In this document: positions 1 through 8,095 of the stretch, in pieces | Layout of the letters: each line of letters starts with the position of its first letter | Numbering within the stretch: position 1 is the stretch's first letter | Notes under the pieces: generated by a model | What the model was told of the DNA's origin: nothing | The model's input: only the letters and a program-made list of their open reading frames with translations | The model's database searches: none | Source of the DNA: Ruminococcus sp. | GTDB lineage: Bacteria; Bacillota; Clostridia; Oscillospirales; Ruminococcaceae | Length of the DNA stretch: 64,000 nt | NCBI GenBank assembly: GCA_015066815.1 | Contig: SVNR01000001.1 | Span: 7,215 to 71,214 of the forward strand | Reading direction: 5' to 3' | Translations under genes and position numbers: made by a program

Positions 1-627
1 ATAGGCTGTGACGCTGCAAGCGGATGCGGATATATTCTCACCGCACTTGCTTTTGGTCTCGTAATAGTCGGCATGGCATACTGCATAGGAAACATTTCCG
101 GATGTCATATCAACCCCGCAGTTTCTCTCGGAGTCCTGATAAACAAAGGAATCAGGTTTTCAGAGTTTATAGGCTATGTAATATCCCAGTGTCTCGGGTC
201 TATTGCCGGCTCAGGTATTCTCGCACTTATTTTCTCTTTTGGAAAAATCGACGATAAAACCGGAAGCTTCGGTGCTAACGGTCTTGGCAGCGTAAGCGAC
301 AGTGCAGCTGCAGGACTTATAACAGAAGCCTTTCTCACCTTTGTTTTTGTTCTGACTATTCTCGGAGTCACTTCCAGAAAAGCCGGACATGGCTCATTTG
401 GCGGAGTGGTTATCGGATTTACGCTCACACTCGTACATATTTTCGGTATAGGTCTTACCGGTACTTCAGTAAACCCTGCAAGAAGTCTTGGCCCTGCATT
501 AGCATGTCTCCTTGAAGGAAATCAGGCACCCGTTTCATGCCTGTGGGTATTTATAGCAGGACCTTTTGTCGGCGCAGCTCTCGCAGCTATCGTGTACAGA
601 TTTCTTGAACACAGCAAGGCAAAGTAA
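1..627 (+). CDS. aqpZ: MIP-family aquaporin (AqpZ-like), 5' end outside window
   Basis: Two NPA motifs (HINPAVS, SVNPARS); the frame is open from base 1 (IGCDAASGCGYILTALAFGLVIVGM...), so Met73 is internal. Confidence 0.85.
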   Translation: MGCDAASGCGYILTALAFGLVIVGMAYCIGNISGCHINPAVSLGVLINKGIRFSEFIGYVISQCLGSIAGSGILALIFSFGKIDDKTGSFGANGLGSVSDSAAAGLITEAFLTFVFVLTILGVTSRKAGHGSFGGVVIGFTLTLVHIFGIGLTGTSVNPARSLGPALACLLEGNQAPVSCLWVFIAGPFVGAALAAIVYRFLEHSKAK

Positions 628-669
628 CGACAGCGCCCAGATATCATCCGACTTTTTATAACCAACATC

Positions 670-717
670 AAGCTGTAACGTTTTGGATTTGTCTCTCGTT
701 ACAGCTTTGATTTTTTT
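670..717 (+). terminator. Intrinsic terminator after aquaporin
   Basis: aagctgtaacg/cgttacagctt stem followed by a T-run. Confidence 0.7.
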
Positions 718-732
718 AAAGGAGTATCCGAA

Positions 733-1896
733 ATGAATAAGTTCTCAAAAACATTGCTTATGTTATCACTTGCTTCATGCGTTTTTTGCTCATGTACAGA
801 AAGCTCTGAAAAAAAACCTGAAACTTCCTCTTCAAAGCCTGCAGTTTCTCAGAAAATGCGTGACATTACTGCAGCAGAGCTTGTCAGCGAAATGAAAATA
901 GGCTGGTCCCTTGGAAACACCATGGAATCAGTCATGGGAAAAAAGGGGTTAGGGGTTGACGAATACGAAAAAGGCTGGGGAAATCCCATCACATCTGAAG
1001 ATATAATCAAAAACATATCCGAATCAGGCTTCAACGTTCTGCGCGTACCTGTTTCATGGGGTGAACATCTGTCTGATGACGGAACATATACCATAGACGA
1101 ACAGTGGCTTGACCGTGTAAACGAGATAGTTGACTACGGTATAAACTCAGGAATGTTTGTTATTCTGAACACGCATCATGAAGAGTGGCTGTTCCCTGAT
1201 GAAGCACACTTTGAATCCAACAAGGAGCAGCTTACCAGGTTATGGACGCAGATAGGAAACCGCTTCGAGGGATACGGAGAGTCGCTTATTTTTGAAGGGC
1301 TCAACGAACCAAGAAAAAGAGATACCGTATATGAATGGAACGGCGGTGACGAGGAAGGTCAGCAGGTCGTAAACAAGCTCAACGCTGCTTTTGTCGAAAC
1401 CATAAGAGGCCTTGGCGGAAACAATCCCGGAAGATGCCTTATGATCCCCACATATGCGGCAAGCCCTATAGAAAAAACATTTGCCGCAATGACAGTCCCC
1501 GAAAACGACGATAAGATAATCGTTTCTGTTCATGCATACATACCCTACAACTTTGCTCTTGCCGATAAATCACAGGGCGTTTCCGAATGGAGCAGCAGCG
1601 ATAAGTCCTGCACAGCGGAAATAGACACTCTTATGGACAACCTGAAGGCGTATTTTCTTGATAAAAACATTCCTGTAATAATCGGAGAAATGGGCTGTGT
1701 TAACAGAGATAATACCGAAGCAAGAGTTGACTGGACAAAGTATTATGTCGGAAAAGCCAAAGAATACGGCATCCCATGTGTATGGTGGGACAACGGCGCA
1801 TACGCAGGCAGCGAGCCGTTCGGAATATACAGCCGTAACAGCGGAAGATGGTTTTTCAGCGATATCGGCAAAGCACTTGTGGAGACAGCCGGATAG
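733..1896 (+). CDS. GH5 endoglucanase-like lipoprotein (no dockerin)
   Basis: Lipoprotein-type signal with Cys; GWSLGNT, LNTHHEEW, FEGLNEPR (acid/base), IIGEMG (nucleophile), WWDNG motifs. Confidence 0.9.
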   Translation: MNKFSKTLLMLSLASCVFCSCTESSEKKPETSSSKPAVSQKMRDITAAELVSEMKIGWSLGNTMESVMGKKGLGVDEYEKGWGNPITSEDIIKNISESGFNVLRVPVSWGEHLSDDGTYTIDEQWLDRVNEIVDYGINSGMFVILNTHHEEWLFPDEAHFESNKEQLTRLWTQIGNRFEGYGESLIFEGLNEPRKRDTVYEWNGGDEEGQQVVNKLNAAFVETIRGLGGNNPGRCLMIPTYAASPIEKTFAAMTVPENDDKIIVSVHAYIPYNFALADKSQGVSEWSSSDKSCTAEIDTLMDNLKAYFLDKNIPVIIGEMGCVNRDNTEARVDWTKYYVGKAKEYGIPCVWWDNGAYAGSEPFGIYSRNSGRWFFSDIGKALVETAG

Positions 1897-1901
1897 TCAT
1901 G

Positions 1902-1939
1902 CTATAGTGAAAGTCAGATTTATCTGACTTTCACTATAG
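1902..1939. repeat. REP-like palindrome copy 1
   Basis: ctatagtgaaagtcagat-tt-atctgactttcactatag, a perfect 18-bp inverted repeat just after the GH5 stop. Confidence 0.85.
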
Positions 1940-2040
1940 TTTTTTAAGAAAATAAAAAAAGTATATTTTCCCGGTTTGCACCTTCTTTTAAAAGCTCCTG
2001 CCTCCCGGGCTGATGCTGATGAGCAAGGGTAAAATCAGCA

Positions 2041-2069
2041 TTGCGCATAAAAGCATTTTATGGTATAAT
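2041..2069 (+). promoter_or_regulatory. sigmaA promoter of lysR
   Basis: TTGCGC-17-TATAAT with TG extension. Confidence 0.7.
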
Positions 2070-2105
2070 TATAATAAGTATCAGCGTTTTTTCTGTTGTT
2101 CACTA

Positions 2106-2151
2106 TTAGCCTATATGCACGCAGTGACCGCAGGGAACGGATGTGCAAGGC
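2106..2151 (+). repeat. 46-bp conserved motif copy A (TTAGCC-N2-TATGCAC-N18-GGATGTGCAAGGC)
   Basis: Same arms and same length as the copies at 60517-60562 and 61117-61162. Confidence 0.8.
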
Positions 2152-2198
2152 AATATTATTAATAATATAATTATCAAACACCGGCACAGGAGGTATAT

Positions 2199-3161
2199 AT
2201 GAATCTGTTACACATAAAGTATGCCGTAGAAGTAGCCAGAACCGGTTCTATAAACAGAGCTGCCGAGAAGCTGGTCATCGGTCAGCCGAATCTCAGCAGA
2301 GCGATAAAGGAACTCGAATCAACACTCAACATAAAAATATTCGAAAGAAGCGCCCGTGGAATGACGCTTACTGCAGAGGGTGAAACCTTCATGCTGTATG
2401 CCGGAAATATTCTCGAACAGGTCGAAAATCTTGAAGGTACCTTCCGTAAAGGTGCACCCTCAAAAAAAAGATTTTCAATATCTGTTCCACATGCACATTA
2501 TATAGCCAACGCTTTCGCCAACTTTTCTGCCGCTCTTGCCGATGAGCCTGACATAGAGTTCTTCTACAGGGAAACAAGCTCCTATCCGGCAATAACGGGC
2601 GTTACACAGGAAAACTACAAGCTTGCAATAATACGCTACGCAGATGTATATGAAAAGCATTTTCAGGCAATGTTTGATGAAAAAAATCTCAAAGCCTCAG
2701 ACATAGCCAGGTTTCGCCGGGTTATGATCATAAGCAGAAAAAACCCCTTAGCAAAAAAATCAAAAATAACACTCAAGGAGCTTGAAGGATACACAGAGAT
2801 CGCTTACGCTGATCCTTACGTTCCCCAGCTTCAGCAGTCAGAGGTCCGCAAGGGAGAGCTGACGCTTGATTCGCACAAACGCATCTTTATAAATCAGCGA
2901 GCAAGCCTGTGTTCACTTCTTAATAACAACCCCTGTACATTCATAATGGACTCCCCTGACGCCGCATCCGAGCTTGAAAAGTACGGTCTTATAATGAAGG
3001 AACTTGAAAACGAGGAAAGAATATACAAGGATGTCCTTATATGCCGCAAGGAATACAGCTTTTCAAAGCTTGATAATATGTTTCTTGTGGAGCTATACAA
3101 GTCGAGAGATAAAAGCTTTAAAAACCCTGTATCATCAGAAAGGAGCGTTGATGAACAATGA
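2199..3161 (+). CDS. LysR-family transcriptional regulator
   Basis: N-terminal HTH (GSINRAAEKLVIGQPNLSRAIKELE...IFERSARGMTLTAEG); RBS aggagg. Confidence 0.92.
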   Translation: MNLLHIKYAVEVARTGSINRAAEKLVIGQPNLSRAIKELESTLNIKIFERSARGMTLTAEGETFMLYAGNILEQVENLEGTFRKGAPSKKRFSISVPHAHYIANAFANFSAALADEPDIEFFYRETSSYPAITGVTQENYKLAIIRYADVYEKHFQAMFDEKNLKASDIARFRRVMIISRKNPLAKKSKITLKELEGYTEIAYADPYVPQLQQSEVRKGELTLDSHKRIFINQRASLCSLLNNNPCTFIMDSPDAASELEKYGLIMKELENEERIYKDVLICRKEYSFSKLDNMFLVELYKSRDKSFKNPVSSERSVDEQ

Positions 3162-3367
3162 AACCCGTAGTTTCACTTAACCCTGATACCGAAACAGTAA
3201 ACACAATAAAAGAAGGACTTAAACGCACAGGCGGCTACTGTCCGTGCCGCCTTGAACGCACTGAAGAAAACAGATGTATGTGCAAGGAATTCCGTGACCA
3301 GATAGCCGATCCTGATTTTGAAGGCTATTGTCACTGTATGCTGTACTATAAGTCCGGAAATCAATAA
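3158..3367 (+). CDS. Small ferredoxin:thioredoxin reductase catalytic-subunit-like protein
   Basis: CPC...CMC...CHC cysteine triads; ATGA overlap with the lysR stop. Confidence 0.8.
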   Translation: MKPVVSLNPDTETVNTIKEGLKRTGGYCPCRLERTEENRCMCKEFRDQIADPDFEGYCHCMLYYKSGNQ

Positions 3368-3374
3368 AATCAAA

Positions 3375-3415
3375 CGGAAGGCAGACTAACCATTAATTGA
3401 TCAGTCTGCCTTCCG
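3375..3415. terminator. Hairpin after the FTR-like gene
   Basis: 13-bp stem cggaaggcagact/agtctgccttccg. Confidence 0.6.
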
Positions 3416-3434
3416 CACTTACATGAATACTCAT

Positions 3435-3474
3435 AAAAAGTCAGTCGTGGATACACATCCGGGACTGACTTTTT
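3435..3474. terminator. Bidirectional terminator at the left island border
   Basis: aaaaagtcagtc/gactgacttttt. Confidence 0.65.
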
Positions 3475-3661
3475 TAAGTTTACTATGATCTGTCATTGTT
3501 TTTTGTATATTTTTCCATACTATTTAACACTCTTATCATAGGATAAAAAAAAATACCTACATCTTTTCCACATAGATATTTTGCGTCATTATTTTTATTT
3601 ACCATGACACCAAGATATATCACAAAACAATATATACAAAACGCAAGAAACGATGAAGTCT

Positions 3662-3709
3662 TCCATAGCGATATCATCCCCACACACTTTGCCGGAAGAT
3701 ACATCATTT
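3662..3709. repeat. 48-bp duplicated element copy 1 (pairs with 7019-7066)
   Basis: 37/48 identical ungapped by manual count, including ggaagatacatcattt. Confidence 0.75.
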
Positions 3710-3888
3710 AAATAATGCAGTTCAGATTAATTATCCATGATGATACAAATATAGATTTTAATCTTTGGATTTCTGTCATAGTATAATTCTCTTCTCTCTT
3801 TTTAGTTGGTTTACGTTATACTTTAGTATAATATTATTTTTATATTAGCCCTATGTTTTTTACTGTATTTCGGTTTTTAATTAAACTA

Positions 3889-5286
3889 TTACCAGAACCA
3901 ATACTTTTTCTTCGTGAATATATATATTACAGACATAACAAGAATTGTTCCTGCTCCAGCTAAAATCCATATAATATTGATTTCGTTTTTTCTTATTTCC
4001 TTTTTGGAAAGCAAATATTCTCCACAACTATTTATTTTAAATTCATTGTTTGATAATGAATTTATTTTCTTATATTGATTTGTATTATTATCCAGCAAAT
4101 AAAAATACTTGTATTTTTCAGAACAATTTTTCAATCTCACACTGATTGTACCAGGAAGATTACCTTCATAGACAACTGTTACTGTTGCACCATTTTCTGT
4201 CGAAGAAACATTCAATTTTGTATTCAATTCATTCTGAGCATTGAATATGTCCTGACCTCTGATTCTTATAGCATAATCATCATGCTCTACGATAATCTCT
4301 TTTTCTGTTCCATAAATCTCTTTCAGCACCGAACAAGTCAATATATCTACATCTTCCAATATAATAATATTACTATCAGAGTTTCTGATTTTTTCTACAA
4401 CACTATCAATAGATGTTATTGTTTTATTATCGGTATATTTAAAATCAATCTCATTTTCCTCGCTTATATTTTCGGTACTGACTACGACATTCACCACAAT
4501 TATAGAATCTTCGTTAGAAACTGTTATTGATGTATTTCCTATTGATTCAGCCCGGATTATACCATCAGAACTAACAGTAGCAATTGTCTCATCTTTAGAC
4601 TTGAATTTCAGACTTTGCGATGCTCCGGATGGCTTTACACTTGCTTCAAGAGCATACTCCTGACCAGGCTTTATAACTACAAACTTGTTTTTTACTTCAA
4701 TAGCTTCTGTCTTTACTTTTACAATCAGATTATAATAAACACTTAATCCGCCACACGTTACATAAATCTGACACGAACCTTTTCCAACAGCAGTTATTTT
4801 TCCGGATTTGTTTATCGTTGCAACTCCCGTATTTGTTGAAAAATACTTAACACTCTGCTCTGTTGCATTCTGTGGAAACACCATTGCAGAAAGATTCTGA
4901 ACATCTTTAACATACATTTCAGAGTTATAATCTGTTAATTCAATATCTTCAACTGGAATATACTCCGTTGTCAGCTCATCAAAATCATCCGCATCTTCTT
5001 CAGTAGCATCTGGAATATTCGTTATTTCTTTTGGTATTGTTGTTTCAGTTATGACCTGCTCTTCGGAAATGGTTGTGACCTCTATTGTTTCTTCCCGATA
5101 AGTAACATCTGAAACAACTGTTGTTATCTCAGGATTCACAGATTCCACAGGTTCCGACTGTTCATCTGAAACATTTGTAACTACTGATGTTATCTCATCC
5201 TGAATATAATCATTAGCCAAGACCTGAAATGAACCAAAGCATAAAACCATTACCACTGATGATACAGCACTTATTATTCTTTTCAT
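3889..5286 (-). CDS. Surface protein: signal peptide, acidic Thr/Glu stalk, two Ig-like (Big_2-type) domains, C-terminal TM anchor
   Basis: PQNAT...FSTNTGVATINKSGKITAVGKG and PSGAS...SKDETIATVSSDGIIRA repeats; TM followed by KKK. Confidence 0.8.
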   Translation of the reverse strand: MKRIISAVSSVVMVLCFGSFQVLANDYIQDEITSVVTNVSDEQSEPVESVNPEITTVVSDVTYREETIEVTTISEEQVITETTIPKEITNIPDATEEDADDFDELTTEYIPVEDIELTDYNSEMYVKDVQNLSAMVFPQNATEQSVKYFSTNTGVATINKSGKITAVGKGSCQIYVTCGGLSVYYNLIVKVKTEAIEVKNKFVVIKPGQEYALEASVKPSGASQSLKFKSKDETIATVSSDGIIRAESIGNTSITVSNEDSIIVVNVVVSTENISEENEIDFKYTDNKTITSIDSVVEKIRNSDSNIIILEDVDILTCSVLKEIYGTEKEIIVEHDDYAIRIRGQDIFNAQNELNTKLNVSSTENGATVTVVYEGNLPGTISVRLKNCSEKYKYFYLLDNNTNQYKKINSLSNNEFKINSCGEYLLSKKEIRKNEINIIWILAGAGTILVMSVIYIFTKKKYWFW

Positions 5287-5289
5287 ATA

Positions 5290-6414
5290 TTAATCCCTCG
5301 TAAGTATACCTATAGATTCAAGGAAATAATCAAAATATGAAAGTTCATCATATATTATACGAGCTTCTACAGCCATACCGTTCGATATATTCACTTTATT
5401 TCCTTTACTGCTTATAAGATATGGTGTATCTACAGATATTTTAGACTTAAAGAAAGTTTCTTTTCCGTCCTGACTTGCAGTTACGTCATTATCAATCGAC
5501 ATAAGCTTGCCTTTTAAATTTCCGTAGGTATTCTGTGCAAGTCCTACAACCTCAATATTCACATCATCACCCAGTGATACTCTTGGCTTATCTCCAACTC
5601 CAAGATATGCTGTTATCACATACTCATCGTTTTCATTGGCAATACTTCCTATGGCACTGGCTGCCTGTACTACCATACCTTCTTTGTAATCATTGATCAT
5701 ATGCACAATACCGGAAGCATTTGCCAAGACCTGATATTCAGATTGACCGTTAATTATAGCTTCATTCTGAATATTCAGCTTGTCAATCTCATTTTCATAC
5801 TGCATAATACTTTCGTTAATTGTTTTTAAGGTTGAATAGTAAATCTCGGAAATTTTTGCAGAATTTTTTTCAAGCTCTGCCTCTATTTGTGCGTCAGTAT
5901 AACCATAGCTTTTGTATGTGCTTACATCTAAGTCATTCTGCTTAATCTGACTCATATAAGTTTCATACTGATTATAGTACTGTCGATCGCTTTCTTGGGT
6001 TACATCAAAGTAATTCTTACCGTCCATAACCGATTTCTCAAGTTTTTTTAACTGCCTGATATTTTCGGTATATACTTCAACCTGACCTGTTATCTGCTCT
6101 TTCTGTAAATCAAGATCGGTGCTTTTTATAGTAAACAGAACATCACCTTCTTCAACAAAGCTACCCTCAGATATATTCATCTGATTAATCTCGCCTGTAT
6201 ATGCAGACATAATATAATTCTTATTAACGCTTTCAACTGTTCCTCGACTTTTTATGACATATGTTTTGGGCGTATTAACGCTCCAGATCAGTACCACAAT
6301 AAGAAGGATGGCTGTAAGAGCAACTATAATATATCCGAAAGGTGGCAGATCTTTTTCATAGAGAAGCCGACTATCTTTTAATTCAGTCATATTCTTTATG
6401 TTTTTTTTACTCAT
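5290..6414 (-). CDS. HlyD-family secretion accessory protein
   Basis: N-terminal TM, GSFVEEGDVLFTI lipoyl-like half motif, coiled coil, ISNGMAVEARII C-terminus; start overlaps the upstream stop. Confidence 0.85.
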   Translation of the reverse strand: MSKKNIKNMTELKDSRLLYEKDLPPFGYIIVALTAILLIVVLIWSVNTPKTYVIKSRGTVESVNKNYIMSAYTGEINQMNISEGSFVEEGDVLFTIKSTDLDLQKEQITGQVEVYTENIRQLKKLEKSVMDGKNYFDVTQESDRQYYNQYETYMSQIKQNDLDVSTYKSYGYTDAQIEAELEKNSAKISEIYYSTLKTINESIMQYENEIDKLNIQNEAIINGQSEYQVLANASGIVHMINDYKEGMVVQAASAIGSIANENDEYVITAYLGVGDKPRVSLGDDVNIEVVGLAQNTYGNLKGKLMSIDNDVTASQDGKETFFKSKISVDTPYLISSKGNKVNISNGMAVEARIIYDELSYFDYFLESIGILTRD

Positions 6415-6880
6415 TTGATTTTTTCTCCACAAATATATCTGCTATTATCTCATCATCCTGCTGGTCAACAAAAATTGTATAATTCTCATTAGAAAGCTCT
6501 ATATCCTCCTCAAACGCAGTTACATTTATTTTATCATAAGCAAATTTAAGGTTTTCTTCTGGTCCGATATACCGGGCATACATGCAGTTTTTAACACGAA
6601 GAACGGCCTCCGTTGTATATGGTGATTCTACATTATTGATGAAATTGTTAGCTTGTCTCATAATGTACATATGAATATCTAATTGTCCTGTATCATCAAT
6701 ACTATATACAGTCTTTTGTACTAAAGGTCCTAATGGAACTGCACCTTTAGCCTTGATATAATTTTCCATTTGAAGAACTACTGTATTTAGTTCAATATCT
6801 TCTTCAAAATTAATTTCTCTGATTACTACATTTGTAAGTTTAAGATTTTTGTTTTCACTAATTGTTATTGTTTTACTCAT
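6407..6880 (-). CDS. DUF5085-like (GyrI-like fold) protein
   Basis: GPL..., CMYARYIG, AYDKINV, YTIFVD, ADIF pattern recalled from the family; RBS ggag before ATG 6880. Confidence 0.6.
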   Translation of the reverse strand: MSKTITISENKNLKLTNVVIREINFEEDIELNTVVLQMENYIKAKGAVPLGPLVQKTVYSIDDTGQLDIHMYIMRQANNFINNVESPYTTEAVLRVKNCMYARYIGPEENLKFAYDKINVTAFEEDIELSNENYTIFVDQQDDEIIADIFVEKKSNE

Positions 6881-7018
6881 AGAATTCTCCATTTTTTGTT
6901 AATGTATTTTTTGTAACGATTAATAATCATATTTGCAGTATATAGGTGCAAATTAAAATCAGATAACAAATATGTTTACACTTAACGTTATATATTCATT
7001 TTATAAACATCTATAATA

Positions 7019-7066
7019 TCCAAAGCAAGATTAAAGCCATGCACTTTTCTGGAAGATACATCATTT
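7019..7066. repeat. 48-bp duplicated element copy 2
   Basis: See 3662-3709. Confidence 0.75.
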
Positions 7067-7092
7067 GAAAAAAACACTTTAAATTAATAATG

Positions 7093-7128
7093 CATGACAG
7101 ATGGGGACTTTAATCCTCATCTGTCATG
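7093..7128 (-). terminator. Hairpin downstream of the peptide precursor genes
   Basis: catgacagatg/catctgtcatg stem. Confidence 0.6.
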
Positions 7129-7211
7129 TAAATAGCTATTAATAAACGAAATGATAATTTTTACTTTCAGGCAAAATACCAGCACTCATTTCACCTTATT
7201 TTAAGGCGCAA

Positions 7212-7532
7212 TTATCTGCTGTAAATACCTATGTTCACTCCATTCCATAAGATATTCATCTTGACACCTTTGCCCTTATCCTTGTATCCTATGTATGCTC
7301 TTACCGCCTTAATCCCTAATTTTGCAAATCCCGGCAATCCTTTTACTAATTCAGAAGAGCTAAATTTTTGAACGTTTCTGATTTTCTCCGTCTCTGAATG
7401 TGAAAAATAAAAAGTCATGCCCCACACATGAGTTTCGGTAGAAAATCCACCATCAATGTAAGTCATCTCTTCTTCACTTACAGCTGCATAATTTGCAGGC
7501 ATCACAAGTTTTCCATCATAACATTTTTCCAT
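7212..7532 (-). CDS. Double-glycine-leader peptide precursor 1 (bacteriocin-like)
   Basis: 29-aa leader MEKCYDGKLVMPANYAAVSEEEMTYIDGG and a 77-aa cationic core; RBS gaaaggtg; next to a C39 transporter. Confidence 0.8.
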   Translation of the reverse strand: MEKCYDGKLVMPANYAAVSEEEMTYIDGGFSTETHVWGMTFYFSHSETEKIRNVQKFSSSELVKGLPGFAKLGIKAVRAYIGYKDKGKGVKMNILWNGVNIGIYSR

Positions 7533-7616
7533 AATGTTCACCTTTCGATATCTTTTTTACTAAAGATACTACTTTCTTTAATTTATTTTTCATATTTAGT
7601 AATACACAGATAAAAA

Positions 7617-7964
7617 TCAGAGAATTATTTTGTTTTTAGTTGCTGTTTTATAATTTTTAGAAGTTAAAGCTGTTGCGCCATTGCAAACAGCCATTGCACC
7701 TAACCCCTTCATTTTAATCTTTACTCCATATCCTTTATTCTTATTAGTAGTCATTGCCGTTGATATTTTTTCAATAATCCACGGAAGGCCAATATTTTCT
7801 TGACAAGTATTCAACAATTTTGTTTCTGTGTTGGTAAGATACACATAATATCCCCACCAATGTGGTTCAATAGCCCATCCACCATCAACATAAGTCATCT
7901 CTTCTTCACTGATAACTGCACAATTTGCAGGCATCACAAGTTTTCCGTCATAACACATTTCCAT
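7617..7964 (-). CDS. Double-glycine-leader peptide precursor 2 (bacteriocin-like)
   Basis: Leader MEMCYDGKLVMPANCAVISEEEMTYVDGG is near-identical to precursor 1; core is divergent but shares WG-x-x-x-Y, ET and KG-x-GVK. Confidence 0.78.
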   Translation of the reverse strand: MEMCYDGKLVMPANCAVISEEEMTYVDGGWAIEPHWWGYYVYLTNTETKLLNTCQENIGLPWIIEKISTAMTTNKNKGYGVKIKMKGLGAMAVCNGATALTSKNYKTATKNKIIL

Positions 7965-8095
7965 AATGTTCACCATCAAGTATCTTTCTGAAGATACCCC
8001 TTTCTTTAATTTGTTTTTCATTTTTCCTTTCCATACGTTGCGCACCGCACAGAAATATATGTGATTGTCCGACGTCTGGACATTATCACCTGTAG

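Noticed and set aside
2106-2151. 46-bp motif as a c-di-GMP-II riboswitch (shared GCAC…GUGCAA)
   Set aside because: It lacks the conserved UUG/AGUA internal loop, CCG 3' end and 5' kink-turn stem as I recall them; an Rfam search is still needed
3483-3707. 74-aa ORF as a real gene
   Set aside because: No RBS or recognisable motif; its start lies in the duplicated 48-bp element, and the second copy stops after 17 codons
7617-7740. Frameshift in the C-terminus of precursor 2
   Set aside because: The tail diverges from precursor 1, but the alternative frame I checked does not restore similarity; unsupported without homologs
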